This document shows positions 37,910 to 52,612 of a stretch of 64,000 bases of DNA, piece after piece. Numbering within the stretch: the first letter of the stretch is position 1; each line of letters starts with the position of its first letter. Below the pieces are notes generated by a model. It saw only the letters and a list, made by a program, of their open reading frames with translations, searched no databases and had not been told where the DNA came from. This stretch comes from Nymphaea colorata (lineage: Eukaryota): contig NC_045138.2 of NCBI RefSeq assembly GCF_008831285.2, positions 7,440,001-7,504,000 on the forward strand, given 5' to 3'. The translations under genes and the position numbers were made by a program.

Positions 37910-39999
37910 TAAGCTTAATCTTAACAATTTTATTTTCACCCAAACGAAATTTTCAGTTATTTGGTTTTAAATTTTCGACCATAAGCTTAATCTAGACCTA
38001 AAATAAATTCACAACTATTCGATCTAAAATGAATCTCTAAACCCATATCTGAACCCAAACATAGAATTCAAATTCAAAACCCAACTTTAAATGTGAGACT
38101 CAAATCCCAAATCCAACTCTCGGATCTGAATTAGATCCAAAACCCAAGTTTAGGTCCAAATCGAGAATAGATCAAAACAATGAAATTTGATGCTATCGAG
38201 TGCCACGCGGGTGCATGTACGGACCTTTCCTTCGTATTATGTTTTGTTCTCGTGCCAGGATGTGTTGTTAAGCCTAAACTACTCACTATAATGTGTCGAC
38301 GACCTATCAAACCCAATCCGGATCTAAGATGAGCCCAAAATCACTCAAAACGGTATTTCTGTTATTTTATTTTATAAATGGACCCCTTGAAGGCTGGGGA
38401 GGTGAAATGTGCTCCTCATTGATCCATAAGAGACAATAAGAGGGGCAGTTTGCCCCCCCCCCCCTTTATATAAACTCGGCACGCACGAGTACGTCATTTG
38501 GTTGTGCGACGAACGATGCAAGCAATGCGCCACACGTGTGAGCGCACCAGGGTTGAGCCTGCATGGCAGCGTGATGTTGGATGGGCAAACGCGTGACGCA
38601 CGCGATGTGCCACATGTGCGAACACGCGGACATGCAATCGTGCACTGCGCGATCACGTGCTGCCATGCGCAGCATGCCAGGGCAGGGCCTACGCTGGGAG
38701 TAGGCCCTATTTTGGGTCAAAAACCTCCCCTTGTTGGGTGAGCAATAGCCCTATCCACACCTCAAATGGGTAATTGCAGGACTAGTGACCAATCTCAGTT
38801 GGTCACAGATATTTTAAAAAAAAAAAAATATTTTAAGATATTTGAAATTCGCATAAAAATCTTGTTAAATTCAAAAAAATTCAAATTTTGAGTTTTGGCT
38901 CCAAAACTTCCTATAAATACCTCTACAATCTTCCCTCTTGGGCATGTGCTGACCTTTGGGGAACTTTCTAGTGCTTCTTGACTTGAGGATTGAGAGTGTT
39001 CCTTAGCTCTCTACTTCCATTTCTCTCTTATTCTCTTTCTCTTCTTCTTCAATCTTGGGAGTAAGTCTCTCCAACTTCCACTCTCAAAGGGACCAAGCCC
39101 ATTTGAAGAAGCTTTCGGATCATCCGAAATAGGAGATTTATATTCTAAAAATCATTCTTATTAGAGGTATGTAATCAACACCCCAATCAATATCTTTTCC
39201 TTACTTTCTTTCTTTTTCATCTTCCTATGACCGTATAAGATAGCTCTCAAATTTTCTCTGCAAAATCAAGAGCCATTCTAGAGTGCACTGAGAGCATGAG
39301 AAGGTAAAATAAGAATTCATTATAGGATGGAAATATATCTTTCTCTTCTCTTAAATGTTGCTTTGATTTGACTTATTATTAATGCATAGTTGATTGATTT
39401 TCTTATTTACATATGAATGGATGGTCAGAATGAGTGTTTGAGTTGGAATTTTTTCGTTCTTATGCTGATTTTTGAGGTTGAGATTTCATTTCATGTATGT
39501 TTGATTTTCTTCTATACCCAACAGTGAGAGAAATAGATTCTCTTGTAATAAACGAAATAATTATGGTTTATGTTCATGCACAAAAATATTTGAAATCATG
39601 TTTTTCAAAAAATTTTTGAAAGCAAGAACCCTCTTTGGAGAGGCCTTGGGAACTTAGTCTAGGCTCTTGCATGAGACCAAGTTCCTTTCCGGTCTATATA
39701 AAAAATTGAAGTCGGATATTTTCAAGTTATTTCTTGATTTCAGTTCTCATGAAAGCATATACGTATATACAAGTTATATACGTATACATGCACATAATTA
39801 TCTCTTTTTGTCTTTCTCTCTTTATGATTTAACATATCCTTTTACAAATTCTTATACATGTATATATATAAATGAATATATGTACTGTGTTCCACTTTTT
39901 TTCTCTCTCTTCCTCTCTAAAATCTCTCTTTCTCTATTTCTAAAATCTTCTTCTCCCCTCTCCATTTTATTTAATATTTTCTTTTCACAAGCTTCCATA

Positions 40000-40066
<67 letters not shown>

Positions 40067-40150
40067 ATATACGTATACATGCCTCTCTCTCTTTCTTTTT
40101 TAAAAATATTTTTTGGAATGAAAACACCTTTAAATGGTTCTTCAAATGTG
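37910..40150 (+). mobile_element. Tat/Ogre-like LTR, copy 3 (5' start missing)
   Basis: Direct homology to 29340-31600 and inverted homology to 25850-27420 (e.g. 39590-39730 vs 26240-26370). Confidence 0.65.
40003..40063. repeat. (GT)n microsatellite
   Basis: About 30 GT units. Confidence 0.95.
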
Positions 40151-43100
40151 TGTTGCCCAATTTACTATTGCAATCTATAGATACTTTACAATGTTGACAA
40201 ACAATACTCCTACTAACAAACAATACTCCTGCTAAACTCCTTTCATATAGCTGATTTTAGTGACTTGGCTTTTGTAAGAAGCATGTCAATTTCTATATTA
40301 TTAGTAGAAACTGAACGAGAAACATTGGTGTTAGATGTTGCAAAATTCATATGTTGCATATATAAAAAATAAAAATAAGTAAATAAATAATTAATGATAA
40401 ACCCACAAAAAAATTAAATAAAGTATTTTACGAATTGAGGAGCTTGATGAGTATCATCTCTTAACTCTTGGTTAGCAAGATTAATGCTTTCTGACATGAA
40501 TTACCAATGGCAAAATTGTTGAATATCTAATATTTCTAACGAAATAACAGACGCCTGCAAGTAATCCAATTTTTGGTATGACTAAACATGGAATAAATGC
40601 ACTTTTGCTTCATAGAAAAACCAACAACAAAAGAGTTTGAAACAACACTGCATTTGCAACCTTCATAAGCTCTTAACCCTCCTTTGCACAGCCTTTCTTA
40701 TGTTGTTGACCCTAAACATCAAATCGAGGTTAGAGAACATTATAACAATATTATAGGGCTATAATGTTGTAGAAAGAACCTCTTAATAGAGTGTGCTCTA
40801 TTGAGGTTATGTGCCCAATGAATGAAATTACTGCTATACGGCAATTTTTTCACATTTTAATTGGCTTCAGGAATCTAGTTTAATAACCATCTTTTGCAGT
40901 TACCTATTTCTGTTTCATAGTGGTAGACAAAGGTCATCCCATATTACTTGGGTTCATGCTTTAGGCATGCAAAAACAGTTTAAAAGAGTATACAAACAAT
41001 GCTAGAAGTCTAATTTTCATGCACATTTGCACGCAAATCATCAATACACAAAAAAAATGAAGATGAGAACACATTTGATTCTACAAGGCAGGAATAGTTA
41101 CTGGCCTTTAAATTGGTAATTCAGCCACCATTAACCATCTTCTATCAAAAAAGTTTGTTAATCAGTTTCCAACAATATCAATGAGCTACACAAATGTAGC
41201 AAGCACCTTTTTGATAAAGGAAACACCAAACTGAAAATCTACTGCTCCTTCCTAAAATCATGCTACTGCAAGTGCAAGAGATCATGTAGCAATTCTCGTA
41301 AAAACAAAACACAACCTAATCCCTTCTCAACTAACAACTGTCAAAAGTGAATGCATGGAAAAGGATGCAACTCAAACTTCCAAGACAAAAGAAGAACAAG
41401 AAAATAAGGGAAATTAAAAGCTATCGTTTCTTTTTATGTGGAACAAAATCAAATAGAGGTGAACACCTGAAAGAGATGGAAAGTCGCCTGCCTCCAAGAG
41501 ATGGAGAGGAAAAGACACAAAGATGACAAGATGGTAATAACGAGTTAAGGCAGTCATATCTAAATTTTTTGAATAGCTTCACAACAGTAACTATGCTCAA
41601 GGGAACAGGATTCCATGAGGTAGAGCTTGAACAGGGATCCCGTTAGTTTGCTTTGACTGGGGCCTGCTCATTGAAGAGAAAATGAAGTAAAACTTGAAGC
41701 AGCAATTTGACAAGGCCGAGCAATAAATCTGGCCTAATTTTATGGCAAGCATTAGTTTAACTAGTGTTTTAGAAACAGAGAGGCTTCCAATAGCCAGCTG
41801 GTTAAGGTGCGGTGTTTGCTCTTGCATAGAGTTTTGGGCCCCTTCCAAGTAATTTCAATGCCAATCAAGCAAAGCTATGCACCTTGATCTCAAAGGCTTC
41901 ATAATCGTACTGCTCGCCTCAATTTTGAAACAGCATTGTACCATGAACATTCCTTTCATGGCTTGTCAACGCATGCTCGTCGAGCTCATCATAGATTGAA
42001 GCAAAAGCATCACAGTAAAATAACTACATTTGTTTTGTTATCTCTCGATTTTTCTAGAAAAGCTAGGAGGACTCGAATCAAAGCAGAGAAATCATCAGAC
42101 TCACGGCATCCTTTAAAGCGATTCAATAAATTCCTAAGAAAGACGTTAGAGACAACAGGCGTCCCTGCCTTTTCATGAACAAACGTTTAGAACCTAGAAA
42201 AGAAGGTGCATATAAAATAAAAGGATAAGAAGCAAGAATGACACCACTCAAGTCAAAACAATAGATACAATGACGACAAGCGAGTAACGCTTCCCTTTTC
42301 CTGCAATATCACTTATATTTAAATCTCTTACAACGTAACAGACAACAAAAAGAGAAAACAAGGAACCCAAAGAAACGAGAGAACAAAAAGAGAACCAAAG
42401 AAATGAAAAGATAAACAGGGAACACAAAAATCAACCAAGAACATAACAAAGAGAAAAAAGAAAGAAACAACTAACAAGGAACACAAAGAAAGAGAGAGAG
42501 AGAGAGAGAAAAAAAAAAAAGTGTCTCCCTTACCATTGTTACCCTTCTCTTTTAGCACTCCCTTTTTCTTCTCCTTCAATAATCACCCAATTTTTCTCCC
42601 TCTGTTGGGTGGTGTTAGGGAAGAAGTGACTTGAGGAACGAGAGAGCGACAACCAATAACCTCTACTAACATACATGTGTATGAAACCACCAATAGAAAG
42701 AAAAAACTTTTTTACAACAAGGGGAACGGGTGAGAAGCTTCTTTATCGTTTTTTTTCAATATGATAAAACTTTTATATGTTTGATTTCTTACTACTTTTC
42801 AAATTTTTATTTTTTTATCAAAAATACATTTTCAACCATTTCGCTTCACAAACTATTTCAATTAGGTGTGCTTGGTCCCATTTCAAATTTAGTATGAAAA
42901 ATTCATAAATATTTATATTATATATATATATATATATACATAATGACATTTAAATTTAATAAAAATAATTAAAATCAAACTCGACAGGCCCAAGTGCAGT
43001 CGGGTTTCTTGTAAGGCCCAGTCGGCCCGAGCGTAGTTTCAAGGCCTGGGCCGGGCCTGCTGATAGCCCGACGAGCCTTTGGCCCATTATCCAGTTTCAC

Positions 43101-45336
43101 TTTTTATTCTAATTTGATTTGCTGGTTCTCGAAACTTTTTCACTTTTTGATTTATTTTGATTTTAAAAACGATTTTGACAACATTCCTTTAATTACAAGT
43201 CGAGCCAAGTGAGCTTAATTGAGTCAAGTTCTTATAACTTGAATTTGACTTGTTTAATGTTTCAAGTATAAGTTAAACTCGAGCTTAATTTGTTTATCAA
43301 CTAGTTGAGCTTTTTTTAGCGAATTTGAGATGGACTCATTCTCACAGTGGCCAAGCTACTGCAAGGAGCATCCCTTGATGCATTCATTGATTGCATAAGG
43401 TAGTTTAGCTAAATAGTTGTAATTACATAAAATAGTTTAATAAAACTTCGGTTTAATTCTTGATTTGAAAATTTTAAGTTATTTTCAACTACTTTTTTTT
43501 ATCAATTCTCTTTTTTTAAATACTTATCTGAAGCAACTAGTTTATCAACTGAATAAAATATTTATGAGGTTGCATGTCTATACAAAAATGATATGTTTGA
43601 TTAATTATTAAAATAGTTTGTTGAATAAATAAATTATGCATATGACTTTCATACTTTGGGTTAGTCATCTTAGTATATTAGTTTTCTTAATTACGTAAAT
43701 AGAACAACTTATAAATTGATCCATTTGCACATTGTATTGTTTATCTTTCAAACAAATTGTTTCATTTGCACATTTCACGCTCCAAATTATTGAATTGATT
43801 TGATGATTCAAATATTCAATCAATCTTTTTTTTCCTATTAATTAAAGGTCTTTGTTTTTAAATTGGTGAATTATGTGTTATATATTAAAGAAGCAAAACT
43901 TTTAGACAAATTGTATGATTGTACATAATAATTTACTCAATTGATTAAATAAATAATTGATAAATTGATAAGCAAAAACCTTTTTTTAAGAGTTCTGCAA
44001 TTTTTCATATTAAATATATTTATCTGATATTAATTTTCATATTTGTGAAATTGCCAATTTTGTTGAAATTTCTTAATTGAAGTTTTCTTTATTATTTACA
44101 ATTAAATAAATACATTATGTAAGATGTCCTAGTCAGTTGATGTCTTAACTGTAATAGTTTGCTTGATTACATAAAAATGTTCAATTAAACACAAAATTAA
44201 TTAATTAATTAATTAAGTAAAATTATTTTGTATGATGTAGTTGTAAATATTTTAAGTCAATTAGTTTATATGACAACTACACAACCATTTTTGTTCATAA
44301 CTTGATGAAAGTCGTTAGCCACTAGTCAGACTTCTCTTCGTATAAAATTTATATTCTTATCATACTTATGATGTATTTGGCTACACCTTTTGCCCAAAAC
44401 ATCTTACCATTATGGTAGGTTGTTTCGATATCAGTTCTCACGGTTCAGATTCGGAGACCAGTTCATTTCTGATATCAACTCATGGATCGGATTTGGATAT
44501 CAGGTTGCAGTTCTGATTCAGATACCAGCTCACTTCGGCTTTGGATATCAGCTCATTATGTGGAATCACATATCAAGTTACATTTCGGATTCAAACGTAC
44601 TTGTTAAGATGTTTATTATCCAATCAGATATTTATTTAAAACCGAATTTGGTGGGATGTTATTTCTTAAATCAAAATCCCATTCGTTTTTATGATGGATG
44701 TTAAATTTCTTTCATATCCGGTCCGTTGACATCTGGTACCCATCACATCAGTTAGTAAGATAGAAAGTAACTAGTAAGAGAAAATGGAAGAGTGGTAGAA
44801 GGTTGGCACAATACGTGGAGGCTGGCAAGCGGTGAGTTTTGTTATCGAACTTCTATGTTCTATGTTGTTAACTGTAAAAAACCGATATGTCAATTGAAGT
44901 GTAAAGAATATATCAGTGAAAATGTATGCTTGATACCTTGTAAGAATGAGAAAAAGGCAGAGGCTTCAACTATGAGCCAGATGGTATTTTTGTCACGTGC
45001 TGGGCCTGAGGGGAGTTGGACTACTTGTTGCGTTTCGTTTGGGCACGCAGGGGTAACTGGCAAATCAGTAACGAGTTAGAGAAATTATGTTATGATTATG
45101 AACCATATTTTTAAAAAACAAAATTGTTTGGTCAATTAAGTATCCTGCCCGTTTGATGTCTCGATTCCTTTTTTTTTTTAACTTTAGGAAGCGAGTCTGG
45201 CATACAATATCTGGCAAACATTCTAATCCTGACAGCGAAAGAACGATAGAGTCCTCCCCTGAAACAAAAAGTTTCCCATAAAAGCAAAGCATTTTGGTAT
45301 CGGAGGGCAACAGCCGGCCGGCCGGCCGACACCGAC

Positions 45337-45909
45337 TCAGTGATGCACGACAACCACATCGTACTGCACGGAGGCATCGCCGGTGTTCATGTCGAGCCAA
45401 TGCGTCCTGAGCAGGGCATAGCCTCTGGCCATCCGGAAGGCGCCGCTGCCGCCGACGACCGGCATCTCCCTCAACTTGTGAAACACCGAGTTCCGGCCGA
45501 TGATGCTGAGAGTGCTGCCGTTGTACCTCCCCTCCGTGAACACCAGGTTCATGCTCATCAGCAGCCCCAGATCCTGCTGCGACGCCGATGCGTAGATCCC
45601 CTGGCACCTCCCCACTTGCTTGGACGTCAGCTCCGGCCCCTCGGTCAGCGGGTTGTCGATCATCTGAACGGAGCCGAAGCCAGTGGAGTAATTGAGAGAG
45701 GGGCCCTGCACGATGGTGATGCTGGTCGGATTCTTGCCGCTCACCACGTCGTGCCAGTAGAAGCGGAGGCGGGTCACTTTCTCTTTCCTCAGCGGCCTTG
45801 GCCTTGGTAATCGGTGGCCGGGATCCTTGGCACCAGCGACGCCTGTGGTAGCGATGAAGAGGAAGAGCGTGAAGAAGAGAAAGGATTTAGGAAGGAGGCC
45901 GTTGTCCAT
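45337..45909 (-). CDS. DIR: Dirigent protein, 190 aa, signal peptide, DIR-b/d-like, intronless (copy 2)
   Basis: MDNGLLPKSFLFFTLFLFIATT signal; RLRFYWHD, FGSVQMIDNPLT, VGRCQGIY, YNGSTLSI, REMPVVGGSGAFRMARGY; NYS/NGS sequons. Confidence 0.96.
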   Translation of the reverse strand: MDNGLLPKSFLFFTLFLFIATTGVAGAKDPGHRLPRPRPLRKEKVTRLRFYWHDVVSGKNPTSITIVQGPSLNYSTGFGSVQMIDNPLTEGPELTSKQVGRCQGIYASASQQDLGLLMSMNLVFTEGRYNGSTLSIIGRNSVFHKLREMPVVGGSGAFRMARGYALLRTHWLDMNTGDASVQYDVVVVHH

Positions 45910-46021
45910 GGTGATGCTTGAGGGAGGGGAGGGGAGGGGAGGGGAGGAGAGGAGAGGAGAGGAGAGGGACTCTCTCTGTCCTGAGAAAGAATGGGTGTCT
46001 TCGGTGTCTCTCACATTGGCA

Positions 46022-46029
46022 TTTTATAG
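46022..46029 (-). promoter_or_regulatory. TATA box of DIR copy 2
   Basis: CTATAAAA about 115 bp upstream of the ATG, positionally conserved with copy 3. Confidence 0.7.
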
Positions 46030-47358
46030 AGTGTGTGTGTGTGAGAGAGAGAGAGAGAAGAAGAAGAAGGGTTTTGTTCTAGAAGGTTTGCCTTTCCCTG
46101 TTTCTTGTTTCTTTTCTGGTTGTGGAAATTTGAAGCAGGCAAGATTGACTTTGGTTTGTGAACATAATGTCACAGAAATGTGAAAGAAGAAAGAAATCCG
46201 CCATTCTTGTGGGAGTCATGGACGCAGAGATTTCTTGCGGGTTGAACGAAATTAAGGCGAGTGCTGCGCTTTAATTGTTGGTGGCCTACTTTTTAAAAGC
46301 GTATTGATTCTGTGAAAGCAGAAGTTTCACAAAGTTGGTTTCCTTATGCCTCTCTTGTTATATTCTGGTTCTTGCCCAACCCACCCACCATGGACTTTCT
46401 TTCTATCTCTCTGTCTCTATCTCTTACAAAGATTTTACAATAGTGAGTTAGGCTCCTGCTCACATTTTACATTACTAATTGAATATTAGTTTCTATTTCA
46501 AAAACTGAGATAGAAGAAAAAAAGTGTTCCATAAACATGAATCTGCCAAATTTTTTGAGACAAATACATGAAATAGTTCCCAAACAACCCTTAAGGAGAT
46601 GTTTGAGAATTGTAAAACTGTAAAATTATAATTTTCATTTTTTATGAAATTGGAATTACATTATCAAACCATGAATTTTGATTCCTCAATTATAGGTTCT
46701 TGAACCAAATTTTGTTATCATAAATTTTTAAAAATAAGCAATTTTGCAAATTTATGAATGAAAGAGCATTCTTTCAATAAATTAAAAGCGTAAAGTTCGG
46801 TAAAGGCAAAAGTGGAATGAGAAAAGTTGTCTGCGTGTAAAATGACAAAAACTGCTTCTCTGGCCAAATCGTAGGAACATTAGAGCATGTTATTTATTAT
46901 GAACATACAATGTGTTATGGGCTTCAAATCGTGAAGTTACCCCACTGGTTAAAGGAAAGACCCTTGCCTATAAGGGTTACATGGAAAAAATTTACCCTAA
47001 AACTACTAAAAAGCGTTTGATAAAAAGTAAGAATATGTTTTCCCATGTTAACTGCGTAACATAGAAAGTGCCTTCTTAGTAATACGGCTGCTTAGAAAAC
47101 GTTTCTTAACTTCAAATAAGGAAAAGACATTCCAATGTGTTAATAATGGAATATTGAAAAGGTTCGCAAACGCTTTCCGTTTTTTTAACGCATTGGGAGT
47201 ACACTTCAACCAACACAACACTGGCGATATTATTAATGTCACCCGGTATCGGACCATATCAGCCGTTTCATATCATCATATTATTTATAATATTTTAAAC
47301 TCATTTTGAAATATTTATATTACATTAAAATAAAAAAATTAGTGGTTGGTATATATAA

Positions 47359-47399
<41 letters not shown>

Positions 47400-47402
47400 A
47401 AA

Positions 47403-47434
<32 letters not shown>

Positions 47435-50400
47435 CGGATTTTTTAAAGCGTTGTTGAGTACGTTATTGGAAAACCCAAGAGCAGTAAGAAAGATTTAAGC
47501 CTTGTTGAATACGTTATTCAAAGAAGCCGACAACTTTGAGGGGCCAGAAGATGAGGAAAAGAAGGTGAGTAAAAGGACAATGCTGGGACGCGGCACAGAC
47601 AAGTTATGATGACCATGTTGTGAAATCATCAACCGTGACTATTACTTCATGGCCATGACCTCATTTGGAAGCGCGAAAAGAACGTGTAATTTTACAGCTG
47701 TGAACGAAGACTACGTAGGGAGCCTGTGGATGACGCACTCACCTAATTCAGTTATGTGAAATCCTGGTTGAATGAAAGCGAGCTTTGAAAAGATGTCCTC
47801 TTTGTCACCAGCAATGCTCGCGTAGCTTTGAAATGATGTTTTGTGCGTCAGGGTAAAGACACGTAAGTATCTAATTTAATGGGCTACGCTTTTATATAAA
47901 ATACTTAAACTAGACCCTAAAAAAAAAATAAGGGAACTTTTTATTGTTAACAGCATTTTCACTAAAGATACTTGTTTTATTTGTTCAAGTGAAGCACCCA
48001 AAACCCTTCTTTTTTTTAATATGAATAGCCTAATCTGAGTGGTTAGACTTTTCACTCTTGTTAATAAAATCAAATGTTGTCAAATTAGGATCTTTCAAAC
48101 TCAGTTTAATTACACCTAAACACGCTAACAACCTGGTTTAAAGTATCTTCCAAATGCCCCCCATAAGTTAGCTTTTGAATTATAGTCATGCTTAAGTGTT
48201 AGAAAACTAGGTAGTCAACACTAATTTGTGAGGCTGGCTTTGCTTGTCGACAAAAAAACCCTGATGGATGTCAATTTGAATTTCGATTGGATGTCCTATT
48301 AAAATGTGTTAGAAAAGCCCGTTGTGAAAAAGAAATTTAACATTCAATTCAAAATTTGGATTTGATTACAAAAAAAACGACATTTATTGAATTGTTTCAA
48401 AGAAAGATGCCCTTTGACGCTTCCCCCTAGGGCTAGGGCTCCCGTCGCATCTATACCGGAACAGGTAGTTGGAAACTCCACGCCAAGGGAGGGAAGGTGA
48501 GGGGATCGATGGGGCAATGGAAATCGAGAGTCGGGAGGAGTTTCCTCCGTTGGGCGATGCCTCAGGTGAGCCGTGTGGTCTTTGTAATTTTTTTTTTTGT
48601 TTTTATAAATTCCTTTTTTAGTCTTATAATTTCTTTCATAGCGATGATGCTTCTCTTTGATGTTATAGCTTGCGTTTTCCTCCTTACAAACCAGTGTTTT
48701 GTAGCTTCTACCCGTATGAACATTCTTTTGCTTTTTCACTTTGTCACAACGATACGTACCTGTATCCGGTGTATCCGGATATGGGTCACGAAGTGGAATA
48801 TGCCAAAAAATAAACTATTAATTTAATATTTTTCTTTTCATTTTATCATTTTTTTTCTGATGCATCCAATTATTTTCATGAACAATCATTTCAAATACTC
48901 ACCACAAACTTTTTTATAAGAGCAAACTATTAATTTAATGTTTTTTTTTTCATTTTATTATTTTTCAGAATATAAATTTTCATGCTAAAGTGACATAGCT
49001 TTTTCATGGGCAGGCAAGTTTGGATGTTTTGTGGTACATCAAAGTAATTAGAGGTGCCCAAATGCCATTTTAATTTCTATAGCATTAGCTTCGAACATGA
49101 TATAGGTGCATCACATGAAGAGAGGAACCATCCTATCAATAACGACATTCTTAAGGGTGAAAAGTGTCGTGTTGAACACTCTCTTAAAATCTTGTTTGAG
49201 ATTATATGAGCTTTTTCATCTGAGAACTGTTCATTTTGGCATTTGTGTTGCAGTTCCTTTTGCATTCATAAATCATTGGGAGGTTATTAACTATATGTGG
49301 ACAGTTTCCATTAGACTTGCAATTAAAAAAAAAACTGTTTCTCCACTGCCGTTCAGCTGAAGTCTTTTTTTTCTAAAGGAACCTTTAAAAACCAATTTTT
49401 GGTCATCCAAACATAAACCAGGTTTTGTAAAGTGAAAACCTGGTTTTTGTCGTGTTCACTAGAAAACCTAGTTTTTGCCATGTTACCCAAACACTGAAAC
49501 CAAGTTTTCAAAACTCTTTAAAAGAATGGTTTTACAAAACCAGGTTTTGACAAAAACCATTTTTTGAAGGGGTGTATCCAAATAAGACCTAAGTTGTCAA
49601 TCGCCATTGTAAGGAGAACTTCGTCTTTTGAGTTGGAATCCTCTCTGCAGCCTTATTAGTTTGGGTGAGGGCGTATTGGGTTAACCGACCTGTTTACCTG
49701 TAATAGATGTTCAATGATTTTTCTAGCTTTTTTGGCTAGATCATCTGACTCAAATTGGGGGGGAATGGTCCTCAAGAATCATTAGTGCAAACAAAGTTTG
49801 CGGGCATTTAAAGCAAAAGAAGAGCCACTTCTTAGAGCTCGAAAGTGCTATGTTGGGGATGGGAAGAGATGGATCACCTAGTAATGTGGAGAATAGGGGC
49901 TGGCCAAACAGTCAATTTCTGGAATGAGAATTGGAAATGAGGAATTATTTCCTATTTGCTTTATGCTGCTGATTATGATATTTATCGGCGCTTAATATGA
50001 ATGCCTGTGAATGTAGTTTTATTGCAATTAAAAAATAATCTGACTTCCATGGATTAAATATGTTTTGAAGTAGTCGCATGTAGGGTTTGGTGCTGATAAA
50101 TTATATAGGGAAGATGTTGATGGCTGTAACTTGAAAAAAGGATGACGTGGTTCAATGCAGAAAGACCGGCAATTCTATGTATTCTCTTAATTGAAAAAAT
50201 GCAGCTCCTCCAACATAGAAGTGGACTTTACACCTGATCATTAGTACTTGTATTCTCACGTTGGAAAGATTACATAAATTAGGTATATCTCTTGCTAACC
50301 AGTAGCTAGTTTGTAAGAAAAGTTGAGGAGACCACGTCTCATTTGTTTCTGAAATGTAAAGTTGCTAAAAGCTTTTATGGATGTTTCTTAGTTGTTTGAG

Positions 50401-51566
50401 GTGCGTCTACTTAGTGTTGTTTCACTGTAGATGCTGTTGATAGGTGGTCGAGTAAGAAGAAAGAGGGGCACAAAAGACTTGAGCAAGTATGGATGGCATG
50501 TTTCCCCATGGCCATCTGGTGTCTTTGGAAGAATTTAAATGCTAACCTCCATGATAGCAAAGCTCAGTTGTTGAAGAATATATGCTATATGTTTTGGGAG
50601 GATAATGAAAAGCTTGACTAATGATCTTAATTGGGATTCATAATGACATACTTATAGACTTGTCATTTATATTTGCTACAAAAAAAAATTCTAGATTATG
50701 TCTCTATTTAAGAAAATAAGCATTGGAAGGGTGGAGCCCAGTTGACTGGATGTTTTCATAAAAACACATGAATGAAAAACAAACAATATATAAATGAAAA
50801 GGTTGCAAATGCAACTGTCACTTTTATTTTTTGGTCTGAGATTGTTTTTTATTTTGATGTAATATACATTCATATTAATGTATATCATTTGAGAGGCTGC
50901 ATTCCGAACGCAGCTTGCACAACTTCTAATTGGGGCTGCCGAACCAACGCTGCGAAGGGAGACCATCTCCCAGTAGATTTACATCAGAACCAATGTTTTG
51001 TATTTGCACAAACACACACACATATATAGAATTGAAATCAACCATCTACCTCTATGATCGAATGGTTACTTTTTTTTTTCTTTTTATTTTGTGTCGCTAA
51101 ACAGCAGCTCAAAAGGTACATTTGCAGCAACCAACTGCTTGGCCACGGCTTTTAGCCATGGAATGCACCTTTTGTGATGGTAAATAAAAAATCATCATTT
51201 GACTATAGAGGTAACTGGCAGATTTCAATTTTCTTATATGTATACCAATATGATCTTAAGGATAGGTTGACGCAAAGTATAAGTTGATCATTTTTTGGGT
51301 TTGAATATTGCTCTTATAATACGCAAAAACGAATCACTCTCATAGCATTAATATTTTGATAATAGAGAGTGACAAAAACCAGATTCTTTAAATTTGTTCT
51401 TTAAGGTTTTTTTCTTTCTTTCTTTTTTTATAATCTAAAGAATAGGTTGTTGCAAAACATATGTTAAGTTGATGGCCTTATGGATTCTAATAGAATTTTA
51501 TAATAAGCAAAAATGATTGACTCCCATAGCATCAACATTTTGGTAATAGAAAAGTTTATATATAGA

Positions 51567-51568
<2 letters not shown>

Positions 51569-51646
<78 letters not shown>

Positions 51647-51661
51647 CACACATACACACAC
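51569..51661. repeat. (TA)n/(CA)n microsatellite
   Basis: Long TA run then CA run. Confidence 0.95.
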
Positions 51662-52245
51662 ATGTGAGCTAACAATAAATCACCAATAGGTTTTTGTTTT
51701 TTGGTAATGGACGGTATTTGATAAATTTCAAAACATGAGAACACATGATAGACCAAATCCGCACCATCTAATGCACACAATCCCACATTTAGTAATTCAA
51801 CTATTAATTCGATACAAATCAAGTATGCTTTGGTTAAAAGTGGTTTATGTGAAACTTCTTAATTTTTGCTACGATTTTTTTTTACTTTAAATTCCTTAAT
51901 TTTCAAAAAGAGCACATCTAAACATAAAAACAATTGACCATCACCAAATTACTCTCAAATTTACAACTATTTGGCCCTACCCTCAAAGGAGTAGAGGTAT
52001 AACTCCGCACAGCACAGGAATCAAATTGATGATGTGTAAGTTTTTAGCTGTCCAACTACGCTGTGTCTCAATCTTTAAATTAACAGCGAATATAAATTAT
52101 ATTTTGAACAATATTTTCTTGATAAATCTTGTTTATTTAACCCTGGGAATGTATTTAACAGCGGATGTCCTGGATTCTTTTTTCTACAAGCATTGAGAAG
52201 TAAGTCTGATTGTGGAATAGATAGACCAAGATCATAATCCGTACC

Positions 52246-52346
<101 letters not shown>

Positions 52347-52408
52347 TGTAATTCAGATTGTGAACTAGATAGATCATACTCGATACCATTAGAAAAACAA
52401 AGATACAC

Positions 52409-52444
<36 letters not shown>

Positions 52445-52612
52445 ATTAATATGACATTAAATCACTTCTGCTGTCTCCTCCGATCAACAACCTAAAATAC
52501 AACGGATAACCAATTACATAAGTAGAGTCTCCCTAAAAAAAATGCTCCCCATAAAAGCAAAGCATTTTGGTATCAACGGCGACTGTCCGGCAGGCGGCCG
52601 GCCGACTCTGAC

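Larger units (their letters stand above)
43026..48580. repeat. Duplicated block, copy B (pairs with 3038-9550), containing DIR copy 2
   Basis: Collinear with copy A apart from copy-specific insertions and deletions. Confidence 0.92.

Noticed and set aside
39667..40223. ORFs with VC/HT/YI runs (also 51464-51822, 52075-52410, 59769-60107)
   Set aside because: Microsatellite translations.
45340..45810. Plus-strand and alternate-frame ORFs over the DIR genes (also 6204-6458, 45065-45607, 52533-52883, 52619-53077)
   Set aside because: Shadow ORFs produced by GC-rich codon usage of the DIR coding sequence.
45910..46014. N-terminal extensions of the DIR ORFs in the track (also 53183-53269)
   Set aside because: These starts lie within ~10 bp of the TATA box, probably upstream of transcription start; the signal peptide begins at MDNG/MDSG.
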